A stretch of DNA of 64,000 nucleotides. It comes from Squalus acanthias. Lineage: Eukaryota. Within the stretch, counting starts at the first letter, position 1. Each line of letters starts with the position of its first letter. The DNA lies in NCBI GenBank assembly GCA_030390025.1, contig CM059425.1, positions 169,634,001-169,698,000 on the forward strand, read 5' to 3'. Below are positions 12,527-25,701 of the stretch, piece by piece. Position numbers and translations under genes: made by a program. The notes under the pieces were generated by a model that was not told the DNA's origin, did not search any database, and saw only the letters and a list, made by a program, of their open reading frames with translations.

Positions 12527-12949
12527 TTTCAAATAAAACTGTTGGACTATAACCTGGTGTTGTGCGACTTCTCACTTTTAAATAAGATTATGGAAACTTT
12601 GGAAAATCCTGCTAAGAAACAGGATTGCATTGTGACCCAACCTCGGGCTGCTGATCTGATACACTGGATACTCATGTTACTGGAAAAACGAGGCTAACAT
12701 AGCACTCAATAGACTGCCAAACAAATATAATTGAGAATAGGTGATATCCATATTATTTAGGGTAATTCGGGTAGGTAATGAAGAAGTCTTCACCAACAAA
12801 TGTCAAAGGGCCATTCACTAAAGGGAAAACTGACATCAGGCTGGAGGCATTGGTCCCAATCTGGTCGCTCTGGGAAACCTAGTCATTGGGAAATTTAGTA
12901 TGATACTGTAATATCTGAATTGGGGCTTGAAGCAGAAATTGATAAAACT

Positions 12950-13250
12950 CACAAAAATGTCTGCCATTGGATCTGTTGGTGTAATTTTCCCTGGCTGACA
13001 GGATAAATGTAAACTGGCTTAACCTGATGAAAACACCAAAATAAAGAGACCAGTGGAGACAGAAGATGCAGCAAAAGATTTCTGGATTGGTTTAGAGCAA
13101 TTGAGCAATGGAGCAGATAAAATAACAAATTAAATTTAAAATGAATCAATATAAAGTATTGCACATTGGGTGAAAAGATGCAATGTAAATACACAATGAA
13201 TAGGATTAAATTAGCAGAAGGAGACTCAGAAAGAGATTGATAGTTGTTGT
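12950..13250 (+). mobile_element. Highly decayed CR1 RT fragment
   Basis: Remnant QIKFKMNQYKVLHIG resembles the WQMxFNxxKCxVxHxG motif. Confidence 0.4.
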
Positions 13251-13406
13251 GTTTTGGGACTTTGACTATTTAACCATGGAAAATATTTGGGAATGAGTTG
13301 TTTGAAATGACTGCGCTTAAATTGAAGTATATCCACAAAAAGTTGAAATCTATTGTGCAGTTAGGACTGGGGAAAGAAAGAGGTGTGTAGTTAAACCAGA
13401 CAAGCC

Positions 13407-13443
13407 AGTTCTGATGAAAGATTATCGAGCTGAAACGTTAACT
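13407..13443 (+). ncRNA. Minimal hammerhead-like motif, family 2 (repeat 13405-13511)
   Basis: agtt-CTGATGA-a-agatt(atc)gagct-GAAA-cg-TT-aact; ACGU stem III palindrome; stem II has one mismatch. Confidence 0.6.
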
Positions 13444-13864
13444 CAGTTTCTCTCTCCACAGATGCTGCCTGAACTGCTAAGTATTTCCAGCATTTTCTGT
13501 TTTTATTTCAGCTATCATTAGTGTTTACATAATGATATGGGACAATGGGTAATTAATTGTCTTTTTTCAAACTTCCACCAGGGATTCATACCTGAGATTT
13601 GCATGGACAGAAGTCATGCATACCCAGCATGGGGTTTTCTGCTGATAATCCACTCTTGGGAGGGCGGTAGCCAGTTTAATTGACAAGCATACTGGCCAAT
13701 CGCTAGCTGGAAGAGAAGTCAAAAAACAGTATTCCCTCCCCCATTTTCTTATGGTTAGAAGTAACAAATAGGAAAGAAAAGCCTATGTTCCACATCAGTC
13801 AGTCCCAACAAAGGCTGCAAGAGACCTTGACCTGGGCTGGAATTAAGATATAGCTGAAAGAAAA

Positions 13865-13995
13865 ATGAAAGGCCATCGACCTGAAACATTAACTCTGTTT
13901 TTCTCTCCACAGATGCTGCCTGACTTTCTGACTATTTCCAACATTTTCTGTTTTTATTTCAGATTTCCAGCAACCGCAGTATTTTGCGTTTGTAT
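13865..13995 (+). mobile_element. Truncated copy of the family 2 Penelope-type tail repeat
   Basis: atgaaaggccatcgacctgaaacattaactctg...ctccacagatgctgcctga...cattttctgtttttatttcag, as at 13405 and 44567; the CTG of the core is missing. Confidence 0.7.
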
Positions 13996-14148
13996 TAAGA
14001 TATAGCTGGTTGATTTTTATGGCTAGCCTCTAACCAGAAAGGCAAGAAAATTTAATTTGACCTCGTCTCACCAGAGTGACCTCGTCTCATCAGTTCTGTC
14101 TACCAGTTGATTGGAGAAGTGCAAGTGAGGGCACTTGTGAAAGACAAG

Positions 14149-14388
14149 GGGGTAAAATTTCTACAGCGTTCTCTTGATTTCCGACTGTAACTGCAGTGGG
14201 AGATTGGCAGAAACCCTGCAGAAATTCCACACAAAGGTATCCAATTCATATGACAAGGGGGAATGCATCTCCCAAGCTACACTACTGCATCATAACTTCA
14301 CCTGTTTAAGTGTGGAAATAGGGTTTCTGCTACAATTCCCGTAAAGTTATGGTGCGGAATGGGAGCTGCTCTGAGGAAATTCCCAGCC
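14149..14388. mobile_element. Short palindromic Harbinger-type MITE(s), probably composite
   Basis: ggggtaaaatttc...gaggaaattcccagcc flanked by (C)AAG on both sides; related to 29554-29707. Confidence 0.55.
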
Positions 14389-14867
14389 AAGGTCTGCAGA
14401 CAAAACAGCTAGGTGTGGTTGCAATGGGACAAAGCACTCACTAAAAGACACTTACCTGGTATGCTGAGATTTCACTCAATGAGGATGCCAGCCAATTCTC
14501 CATGGGCTCCTCAGTGATTGATAGCTCAGCGGTCAGGGTCCTCTGCTTACAAAATTATTATTATGAGCGAGTTATCAATCAGTAAGCAGCCAGTAAGTGG
14601 ATCTTGCATACAATCTGTGGTTCTGCCCACTTCTCAAAAGGTCTCATAAACAGATGTCAATCAAAGTCACAACAGCAGGCTGGGGCCTATCCGTTGAGTT
14701 GTGTCCTAGTGGGTTGAGACCACCCTGACATGAAAGGAACAGTTCATTGCTTCACTTGTAATTACATTAGAACAAGCAGCTATTCATCAATATTGGATGC
14801 ATGCAATCTTTGGCAATGGCACAAGTTCTTCTCAGTGAATGTGATTGCTCAGTCCAATTAACACCTT

Positions 14868-16627
14868 GGGGGGAATTTTTCAGGGGGTCAGTGGGCGCGT
14901 TCGGTGGTGGGTTGGATGGGAAAAAAATGTTTTTGACAGCGGGTCAGGACCCTGCTGTCAACCTGCCGCCACGTGCCTTTCCCAGATGTTGGGTCTGTCA
15001 GCGCTGAACAGACCTGACATGCAGCGGCGGGGGAGGCAATTCAGGTTATTATGACCTTGTTAACAGCCCATTAAGAAGTATTTTGAGCTCAGCGTACCAT
15101 TTTATGAGGTTGCCCACAGGGTCCATGCTGCTCAGGGATCACGTCAGGTAAGCAGGTCGGGAGTTGTATGACCATGGAATCATATCATTACTTGACAGCT
15201 GCAAATGTGGTATAAAAGCTCCCATCTCACAGCTGTTCACTTTCCAAGCTCAGAATCCGTTGCTTACTACATTTGGAAGACAGATTGAGCTTTATGCAGG
15301 TTGCAAGTGTTTGAAGTAAACTCTCTATCCAGTGTCACCTCATTGGAACAACCTCTCTCACCATTGACAGATTGCTTCTGTCATCTCAAGTTCACCTGCC
15401 ATCTATTACACCAGCATTGGTGCCCTTGAAACTATCTCACCTTGGTCCTCAGAATCTCACCACGATCAGCACCAACACCAACAGCACCAGGCACACCAGC
15501 AGCACCAACAACAACACCAACCTTCTCCGCAATCAACTGATGCTGCACAGGACACAGGACATCAGCACCCAACCAGATTGCTGCCCGGACACCAGGGATG
15601 GCCTCACCATGGCCAGATTTACTTCACTTGACGCTGTACACGCTGGCTGCCACATGATGCTCCAGGTTGGCACCACCCCACACCAACAACATAAAGCATC
15701 CCCACAATACCCGAGCCATTCCTTTCACACTCATCATCATTGCGGGGGGTACCGTTATGTCTCACCATTCACTGCAACTCACTAAGACACTTCCAAATGT
15801 GCACACAATCTGTCCAAGAAAGCAAAGTGTTGAAAATAGAGATTTCAATTTTTGACACCACATTAACAGAAACTTTACATGAACAATACATAAAACACCT
15901 AAATGCCTAACCTTGTGTGTTAGTTGGTATGATTGGACTTGGATGAAGGTGAGTGTGAGGGGTGGCCAGTGAGATGGGGAAGTGATAATGTAGATAGAGA
16001 GGGATGGGTGGAGGTGCAAGGTAAGTTGGTGTGAGTAAGCATAGGTTAGGGAAGGCAGAGTGATGGGGATGTGATGAGTGGCACAGCAGGATGAGGTTGA
16101 GTGTGGCTTTGCAGTAACGATTCGTGATCTACTGAGATCATTGAAAGATTTGCGCCACTGCAGCCTGGTCCTCCCGACCACATCCCTGCTTGTGTCCTCC
16201 TGTACAATGTGCAACCAGGCTGTGTTGGTATCCTGGGGAGGTCTCTTCCACCCATGCGAAGGGAAGAGAACCTCCCTGCGCACTGTGACTCCCTCCATAA
16301 GCATATGGAGGGAGTCATGGGAGAGCCTGGGTGCAGCCGTACACCTCTGTGCAGTGTTCGTCAGTGTTTGCAGATCCTCAATGCTGTAGAACACTGACAG
16401 CACAACTGTCAAAATAAATTTGCGCATGGCCCCTTTAAGGAAACTGGCTGATGATGCGTCATCAAATGACGTCATCAGACCTGCTTCCCTCAATTGGCTG
16501 GTAAATGCGCTGGGTGGGCTTAACAAGCCCAATCAATGTAAAATCATTCTACAGAGTGGGCTGGAGCCAGCAGTGGGGTCGGGACCCGCCACCGACGTCG
16601 CCTGCCATGGAGGGGGAAATCGCAGCC
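14868..16627. mobile_element. Non-autonomous Harbinger derivative (D), 1.76 kb
   Basis: Ends GGGGGGAATTTTTC...GGAAATCGCAGCC, TSD CTT; colinear copy at 34251-36453; carries a Q/H-rich transposase start (+, about 15416-15600) and a Myb/SANT exon (-). Confidence 0.9.
16115..16355 (-). pseudogene. Myb/SANT exon 1 remnant in element D
   Basis: AAPRLSHDSLHMLMEGVTVRREVLFP...AWLHI...RTRLQWRKSFNDL. Confidence 0.8.
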
Positions 16628-17390
16628 CTTGATTTTGCTACTATCCTCAGACTTATCAATTTAAGTTTATGAAGATCACCACCGTCAGTTCAACTGATGA
16701 ACTGGCTGTTGTATTTTCCTTTGAGAAATCCTTTGGCAATTTGATATGTTGTTTCTAGCAATAGATTACAAATTTAAAAATTCATCATCTTCAAAAATTG
16801 ACTTTGCCATACGAGCTATGAATTTTATAATACTATAGGACGTACAGTATATAGGCATTAAGGAAACTAGTTATTAAAGATAAAAGTTGTAATGACACAA
16901 GGGAATGTTTGCAATGATGCTTCCGTAAGGTATTGACGGATAGAAATTGCTGCCAGCCATTTTATTGTATGAGTGAGGAGGAAGTTGATGTGAGGAGTTA
17001 AATGTTCATACAATAACATCAAGCCAGATCTTGCTGGTAAATTAACAGCGTTATTAATGTGTAAATCCTCCAGCAAGTTCAGGGGATTAAGAGATGTGCC
17101 ACGATTGCCAATCTCCAAAATTTGCTGGTTGATTTACGCCGCTTCGCTGTTTGCTTTGCACAAACAGCATCCCGCCCTTAATCTCCCCGTTATTTTTAAG
17201 AAATTACTGGATTGGCACATTAGTTTCTCATTAAACTCACCACAGAAAGTCAAGTCTGGTAATTAAGAGCGGAAGTACCATTTTAACGACATGATCATTT
17301 TTAATGCACTGCCAATCAACCTCTCTAGCTCAGAAAGAGAACTATTTAAACTGTTCAATTTAATTCCTACATGTAGCAAATTATTACAAA

Positions 17391-19290
17391 AGAACATAAG
17401 AACATAAGAAATAAGAGCAGGAATAGGCCACTTGGCCCCTCGAGCCTGCTCCGCCTTTCAATAAGAACATGGCTGATCTTGGGCTCAAAACCACTTCCCC
17501 GCCCGCTCCCCATAACCCTTCACTGCCTTATCTTGCAAAAATTTGTCTATCTCCACTTTAAATGTATTTAATGACCCAGCCTCCACAGCTCTCTGGGGCA
17601 GAGAATTCCACAGATTTATGACCCTCTGAGAGAAGAAATTTCTCCTCATCTCAGTTCTAAAAGGTCGACCCTTTATTCTGAAACTGTGCCCCCGAGTTCT
17701 AGATTCCCCCACGAGGGGAAACATCCTCTCTGCATCTACCCTGTCGAGCCCGCTCAGTATCTTATATGTTTCAATAAGATCACCTCTCATTCTTCTAAAT
17801 TCCAATGAGTATAGACCCAGTCTGCTCAACCTTTCCTCATAAGTCAACCCCCTCATCTCTGGAATTAACTTAGTGAATCGTCTCTGAACTGCCTCCAATG
17901 CAAGTATATCCTTCCTCAAATAAGGAGACCAAAACTGTACGCAGTACTCAAGGTGTGGTCTCACCAATACCCTGTACAGTTGTAGCAGAACTTCCCTGCT
18001 TTTATACTCCAACCCCTTGAAATAAAGGCCAACATTCCATTTGCCTGTTTGATTACTTGCTGTACCTGCACGCTAACTTTTTGTGTTTCATGCACAAGGA
18101 CCCCCAGGTCCCTCTGAACTATAGCATTTTGTAATCTCGCTCCATTTAAATAATAGTTTGCTTTTTTATTTTTTATTTTTCCTTGCACTTTCCCACATTA
18201 TACTCCATCTGCCAAATGTTTTCCCACTCACTTAGCCTGTTTATATCCCTTTGCAGATTCTTTGAGTCCTCTGCACAACTTGCTTTCCCACCCATCTTTG
18301 TATTATCCGCAAACTTGGCTACATTACACTCAGTCCCTTCATCCAAGTCATTAATGTAGATTGTAAATAGTTGAGGCCCCAGCACCGATCCCTGTGGCAC
18401 CCCACTAGCTATCGTTTGCCAACCGGAAAATGACCCATTTATCCCGACTCTCTGCTTTCTGTTAGTTAGCCAATTCTCTATCCATGCTACTATATTACCC
18501 CCAATTCCGTGAGCTCTTATCTTATGCAGTAACCTTTTATGTAGCACATTATCGAATGCCTTCTGGAAATCCAAATACACCACATCCACTGGCTCACCTT
18601 TGTCCACCCTACTCGTTACATCCTCAAAGAACTCCAGCAAATTTGTTAAACATGATTTTCCTTTCATAAAACCATGCTAACTCTGCTTGACTGCATTATG
18701 ATTTTCCAAATGCCCTGCTACTGCTTCCTTAATGAAGGACTCCAGCATTTTCCCAACGACAGATGTTAGACTAACTGGTCTATAGTTTCCTGCTTTCTGT
18801 CTCCCTCCTTTCTTAAATAGGGGTGTTACATTTGCGGTTTTCCAATCCGCTGGGACCTCTCCAGAGTCCAGGGAATTTTGGTATATTGCAACCAATGCAT
18901 CCACTATCTCTGCAGCCACTTCTTTTAAGACCCTGGGGTGCAGGCCATCTGGTCCAGGGGACTGGTCGTCTTTTAGTCCCATTATTTTACCAAGTACTAT
19001 TTCCCTAGTGATAGTGATTGTCTTTAGTTCCCCCCCTCCCTGTGGCCCCTTGAATATCCATTATTGGGATGTTGTTAGTGTCTTCTACCGTGAAGACAGA
19101 TACAAAATATTTGTTCAGAGTCTCTGCCATTTCCCCGTTCCCCATTATTAATTCTCCAGACTCATCCTCTAAGGGACCAACATTTACTTTAGCTACTCTC
19201 TTCTTTTTTATATTCCTGTAGAAGCTCTTATTATCTGTTTTAATATTTCTTGCCAGTTTACTCTCATAATTCATCTTCTCTCTGCTTATT
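17391..19290 (-). mobile_element. 5'-truncated CR1 LINE, frameshifted ORF2
   Basis: SPGPDGLHPRVLKE, NYRPVSLTS, YLDFQKAFD, GVPQGSVLGP, FADNTK; (agaacata)n tail. Confidence 0.95.
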
Positions 19291-19339
19291 ATTTATTGTT
19301 AGAGATTTAAAAAAATGTCAAATTTAAAATTTAGCACTT

Positions 19340-20524
19340 GGAAGAGAATTTGGCGTACAATGCCTGTGAGAGGTAAGCCACTGGAGAGGGAATGCCACTT
19401 AATACAAATGATGCTCTACAAGGGGAAGGCCATGAGCCCTTGGGGTTCTTGCCATGGGAGATGGCGAGGATGGCGGTAAAGTGACTGAACACCTACATGG
19501 TCATCCTGTCATCTTGTGAAGTTCCACAAAGATACAAGCTTCCATCCCCTTCTCTGTCTCCTTGGGATTAATGTTTAGTCATTTTTAACTTCTACCCTCC
19601 TTTCCTTCAGCTCAACCACAGGGACCTGAAGGACTAAGGAAAAGGCTTCTTTCGGTTTGGAGTAGTGGGACCCAGAACTCGTGCACTCGCCTGAAAAGAA
19701 GGATGTTCGAGGAACATCGTATCTACATGCAGGCTCTGAGGTCAATCTCCGAGGATATGACGCAACTGACAGGTTCAGTCCTCAATCTGCAGTTGACCTT
19801 TGCAGGAATATCAGGCATGCATTTTTCTACATTGCAGCCACCAAAAGAGGAATCTGGTTGCTTCATTGGAATCTCCAGCAGACCCCAGCTAAGATGCGGT
19901 CAGGAAGTAGTCGGTGCCTCAGCCGCCACAGAAGCAGACAGCAGCTCTGGTAACAGTAGTGACGGGGGAAGAGAGCAGTCTGCATAGCGGCTTCCAGATC
20001 ATGGCGACTGTGATGCCTGCTGCTGCCTCTCAGGGCTTTCAGGATCTGGTAACTGCATTGGACCACCATCCTGATGATCAATGCAGACACAGATCCATAG
20101 CCCAGTAAAGTCGACCTGCCTAACACTGCTGTCTCCCAGGACAGCAGAACGCGCCTCCCCCTTTGAGCACCAGAGCCTCTATTATGCCTGACTGATGGTG
20201 CCAGCAGTAGGCACGAGCTACATTCATGGTCAAGCCTCATCTACATAATATGGACAAGCTTGTAGCACTCAACAAGCGGTCATGCTCCTACTGGCCCCAT
20301 AAAAATCATTTAGTAAATTTACCCATGTTGTTTCTGGAATAACCTAACCAACGGTCCTTAAAGAGACGCCGGCTTAAATATTTAAATATTTAAACAGAAA
20401 TGTAGGCTGCCCATTTCGAGGCTTGCTCGAAAATCAAGTCAGAGAACATTTTTAAAGAATTTTTCTCTGCCTACCGCCCTGTTTTTCAGCAGAATTGTGG
20501 CAATAGACAGACAAATATCACCCC
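19340..20524 (+). mobile_element. Decayed Harbinger-like derivative
   Basis: Weak resemblance to Myb-gene exon 3 (ctgtctcccaggacagcag versus gtcctctctcaggatgacagc) and a terminal aaatatcacccc. Confidence 0.35.
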
Positions 20525-20591
20525 GAATGACTTTAAAAGAAAGTTGAAGCAAAATGCTTTGAAGTGTAGCTACTTTACAAGTTATACACTA

Positions 20592-22017
20592 AACATAAAA
20601 GGGAACCCAAAAATCTTCTACCGGCATGTAAACAGTAAGCGGGTAGTAAGAGGCGGGGTGGGGCCTATTAGGGACAAAGAAGATGATATATGCTTAGAGG
20701 CGCAGGGCAAGGCTAGAATATTCAATGAGTACTTTGTATCGGTGTTTACTAAGGAGGTGGATGCTGACAAAACATCGGTAGAAGTTGAAAATGTAGAAGC
20801 AATGGAAGGGGTGAAAATTGATAGACAGGATGTACTAGAAAGGCTGGGTATGCTTAGAGTGGATAAGTCGCCTGGTCCAGATGGCTTGCATCCTAGGTTG
20901 CTAAGGGAATTGGGGGAAGAGATAGCGGAAGGGTTTGCCATAATTTTCCAATCTTCCCTAGGTGCCTGAGGATTGGAAAGTGGCAAATGTGACACCATTG
21001 TTCAAGAAAGGGTGTAAGGACAATCCTAGTAACTACAGTTTAACAGCAGTGGTGGGCAAAGTTTTAGAAACAATAACCAAGGACAAAATTAGCAGGCACT
21101 TGGAGAGGTTTAAGCTAATTAAGGAGAGCCAACACGGATTTGTAAAAGGCAGATCATGTTTGACTGATCTAATTGATTTTTTTGATGAGGTAACAGGGAG
21201 GATTGATGAAGGGAATGCAATGGATGTTGTCAACATGGATTTTAGGAAGGCGTTTGACAAAGTACCACATAGAAGGCTGGTTAACAAAATTGAGGCTCAT
21301 GGAATAGGTGGGTCAGTGGTAGCTTGGATAAGGAACTGGCTTAAGGACAGAAAACAGCGAGTTGTGGTAAATGGCTGTTTTTCAGACTGGAGGATGGTAG
21401 ACAGTGGTGTTCCCCAAGGGTCAGTGCTGGGGCCACTGCTTTTTTTGATATATATAAATGACCTGGATATTGGAATACAGAGTAGAATTTCTAAATTTGC
21501 CAATTACACCAAACTTGGGGGTGTGGCAAACAGTGAGGAGGATACCAATCGACTGCAACAGGACATAGAAAGTCTAGCAGAATGGGCAGACAAGTGGCAG
21601 ATGGAATTTAATACAGAGAAGTGTGAGGTGATGCATTTTGGCAGAAGGAACAGGGAGAGGCAATATACGCTTAATGGCATAGTTTTAAAGAGTGTGCAGG
21701 GACAGAGGGACCTGGGAGTTAATGTGCATAGGTCCCTGAAAGTGGCAGGACATATTGAGAGAGTGGTTAGCAAAGCATATGGGATCTTGGGCTTCATAAA
21801 CAGAGGTATTGAGTAGAAAAGTAGAGAAGTTATGCTGAACCTTTATAAAGCACTGGTTAGGCCACAACTGGAGTATGAGTCCAGTTCTGGTCACCACACT
21901 TTAGGAAGGATGAGAAGGCCCTTGAGAGGTTGCAGAGGAGATTTACCAGAATGGTTCCGAGGATGGGGGATCTTAGCTACAAGGACAGGTTGGAGAAGCT
22001 GGATTTGTTTTCATTAG
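20592..22017 (+). mobile_element. CR1 ORF2 segment, direct near-duplicate of 23866-25310
   Basis: Colinear sequence and translation; both copies read FANYTKL in place of FADDTKL. Confidence 0.95.
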
Positions 22018-25000
22018 GTAGTAATCTCTGGATTACTCCCGGTGCCACATGCTAGTGAGTACAGGAATAGGAGGATAGAACAGATGAATGCGTGGCTGGA
22101 GTGATGGTGCAGGAGGGAGGGCTTTAGATTCCTGAGGCATTGGAACCGTTTCTGGGGAAGGTGGGACCTGTACAAGCCGGACAGGTTACACCTCAACAGA
22201 GCCGGGACCAATATTCTCGCGGGGTGGTTTGCTAGTGCAGTTGGGGAGGGTATAAACTAGCTTGGCAGGAGGATGGGCACCACTATATAGGAGTAGAAAA
22301 GAGGAATAAGGTGCATAGAAGAGTGAGAGTGTTGGATAGTACTAGAGAAGAAAGTCGTACTGGAGGCGGAAGTAGTACCATATTAGATAGGAGCAGACTA
22401 AGAAAGACTACGAAAAATTCAAAAATGGGTTCAGAATGCATGTATGTAAATGCACAAAGTGTGGTGAATAAGGTTGGTGAGCTACAAGCACAATTAGCCG
22501 TGTGGCAATATGATGTTGTGGCAATAACGGAAACATGGCTTAACATTCAAGGGCACAAGGTGTTCAGAAAAGATAGGGAAGGAAAAAAGTGAGGTGAGGT
22601 GGCAGTGCTGATTAAGGAAGACAATGTAGTGTGGGAAAGGGAGGATGTTCTTGAGGGGACAAGGACAGAATCCATTTGGTTAGAGTTGAGGAGCAAAAAG
22701 GGTATGATCATGCTATTGGGGGTATTCTATAGGCCTCCAAATAGTGAGTGGGAGGTAGAGGAACAAATCTGCAGGGAAATAAAGCCTTGCATTTATATAT
22801 AGCCTTTCACGACCACCGGTCTCAATGTGCTTTACAGCCAATGAAGTGCTTTTGAAATGGAGTCACTGTTGTAATGTGGGAAACGTGGCAGCCAATTTGC
22901 ACACAGCAAGCTCCCACAAACAGCAATGACGATAATGACCAGATAATCTGTTTTTGTTATGTTGGTTGAGGGATAAATATTGGCCAGCACACCGGGAATA
23001 ACTCCCCTGCTCTTCTTCGAAATAGTGCCATGGGATCTTTTACGTCCACCTGAGAAAGCAGACGGGACCTCGGTTTAACATCTCATCTGAAAGACGGCAC
23101 CTCCGAAAATGCAGCACTCCCTCAGCACTGCACTGGGAGTGTCAGCCTAGCTGGAGTGGGACTTGAGCCCACAACCTTCTGACTCCGAGGCAAGTGTGCT
23201 ACCCACTGAGCCACAGCTGACATATGCAAGATATGCAAGAGCTATAGGGTGGTGATATTGGGGGACTTTAATTACCCAAATATCGATTGGGATAATGCTA
23301 GGGTAAAGGGAAAGGAGAGGGAGGAATTTCTGAAATGTGTTCAGGAGAATTTCCTTGACCAATACGTTCTTGGCCCAACTAGGAAGGAGGCATTGCTGGA
23401 TCTTGGGCTGGGGAATAAGGTGGGCCAGGTCGCCCAAGTGTCTGTGGGAGAACACTTGGATACGAGTGATCATCGTATCATAAGATTTAGATTAGCAATG
23501 GAGAGGAGCAAGGAACAATCTAGAGTGGAACTTCTAAACTGGAATAGGGCTAACTTCAACGGGATGCGAAAAGATCTAGCTAGGGTAAAATGGAACCAAA
23601 GACTGACAGGAAAAACTGTAATGAACAATGGGTGATCTTTAAGGAGGAGATTTTCCAAGTACAGGGTAGGTGCATTCCAACAAGAGGGAAGGGTAAGGGA
23701 ACCAAAGCAAGGGCTCCTTGGATGACGAAGGAGATTGAGAAGATGTTAAAACAAAAAAAGAGGGTGTATGATGCATGTCAGGTGAATTCTTCAAGGGAGA
23801 ACCATCCCAAATACAATAAGTTGAGAGGGGAAGTGAAGAGAGAATATGAGAATAGAATGGCGGTTAACATAAAAGGGAACCCAAAAATCTTCTACCGGCA
23901 TGTAAACAGTAAGCGGGTAGAAAGAGGCGGGGTGGGGCCTATTAGAGACAAAGAAAGGTGATATATGCTTAGAGGCGCAGGGCAAGGCTAGAATACTCAA
24001 TGAGTACTTTGTATCGGTGTTTACTAAGGAGGTGGATGCTGACAAAATATCGGTAGAAGTGGAAAAGGTAGAAGCAATGGAAGGGGTGAAAATTGATAGA
24101 CAGGATGTACTAGAAAGGCTGGGTATGCTTAGAGTGGACAAGTCGCCTGGTCCAGATGGCTTGCATCCCAGGTTGCTAAGGGAATTGGGGGAGCAGATAG
24201 CAGAAGGGCTTGCCATAATTTTCCAATCTTCCCTAGATGCGGGGAAGTGCCTGAGGATTGGAAAGTGGCAAATGTGACACCACTGTTCAAGAAAGGGTGT
24301 AAGGACAATCCTAGTAACTACAGGCAGGTCAGTTTAACATCAGTGGTGGGTAAAGTTTTAGAAACAATAATCAAGGAAAAAATTAACGAGCACTTGGAGA
24401 GGTTTAAGCTAATTAAGGAGAGCCAACACGGAAATGTAAAAGGCAGATCGTGTTTGACTGATCTAATTGAATTTTTTGATGAAGTAACAGAGAGGATTGA
24501 TGAAGGGAATGCAATGGATGTTGTTTACATGGATTTTTGGAAGGCATTTGACAAAGTACCACATAGAAGGTTGGTTAACAAAATTGAGGCTCATAGAATA
24601 GATGGATCAGTGGCAGCTTGGATAAGGAATTGGCTTAAGGACAGAAAACAGCGAGTTGTGGTAAATGGCTGTTTTTCAGACTGGAGGATGGTAGACAATG
24701 GTGTTCCCCAAGGGTCAGTGCTGGGGCCACTGCTTTTTTGATATATATAAATGACCTGGATATTGGAATACAGAGTAGAATTTCTAAATTTGCCAATTAC
24801 ACCAAACTTGGGGGTGTGGCAAACAGTGAGGAGGATACCAATCGACTGCAACAGGACATAGAAAGGCTAGCAGAATGGGCAGACAAGTGGCAGATGGAAT
24901 TTAATACAGAGAAGTGTGAGGTGATGCATTTTGGCAGAAAGAACAGGGAGAGGCAATATACACTTAATGGCACAGTTTTAAAGAGTGTGCAGGGACAGAG

Positions 25001-25701
25001 GGACCTGGGAGTTAATGTGCATAGGTCCCTGAAAGTGGCAGGACATATTGAGAGAGTGGTTAGCAAAGCATATGGGATCTTGGGCTTCATAAATAGAGGT
25101 ATTGAGTACAAAAGTAGAGAGGTTATGCTGAACCTTTATAAAGCGCTGGTTAGGCCACAACTGGAGTATTGCATCCAGTTCTGGTCACCACACTTTAGAA
25201 GGATGTGAAGGCCCTTGAGAGGGTGCAGGGGAGATTTACCAGAATGGTTCCGGGGATGGGGGATCTTAGCTACAAGGACAGGTTGGAGAAGCAGGATTTG
25301 TTTTCATTAGAGCAAAGGAGGTTGAGGGGTGATTTGATAGCGGTGTACAAGATTATGACGGGTTTGGATAGGCTAGACAGGGAAAGGCTGTTCCCACTAG
25401 TTGATGGTACAAGGACTAGGGGACACAGATTTAAGGTTTTGGGCAAGAGATAGAGGGGGGATGTGAGGGAAAACTTTTTTACGCAGCGAGTGGTGAGGAC
25501 CTGAAATTCGCTGCCAACGGAAGTGGTCGAAGCGGATAAACTCAATGTTTTCAAGGGGAGACTGGATAGGCACTTGAGGGAAATAAACTTGCAGGGCTAC
25601 GGGGATAGAGCGGGGGAATGGGACTGACTGGATTGCTCTACAGAGAGCCGGCATGGACTCGATGGGCCAAATGGCCTCCTTCTGTGCCGTTATGACTCTA
25701 T
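22018..25701 (+). mobile_element. Long CR1 LINE: ORF1 esterase C-terminus, ORF2 endonuclease and RT, 3' tail (interrupted by a SINE)
   Basis: VVISGLLPVP...PDRLHLN (ORF1); CMYVNAQS, AITETWL, FYRPPNS, ILGDFNYP, SDH (AP-like endonuclease); RT motifs; (tatgactc)n tail. Confidence 0.95.
22781..23221 (-). mobile_element. tRNA-derived DeuSINE-like SINE (SacSINE1-like)
   Basis: Head with A box (tggctcagtggg) and B-box-like ggctcaagtccc, central gatgagatgttaaaccgagg...gtggacgtaaaagatcccatggcact, L2-type tail. Confidence 0.85.

Noticed and set aside
23150..23221. tRNA gene
   Set aside because: tRNA-derived SINE head attached to a SINE body; no full cloverleaf.
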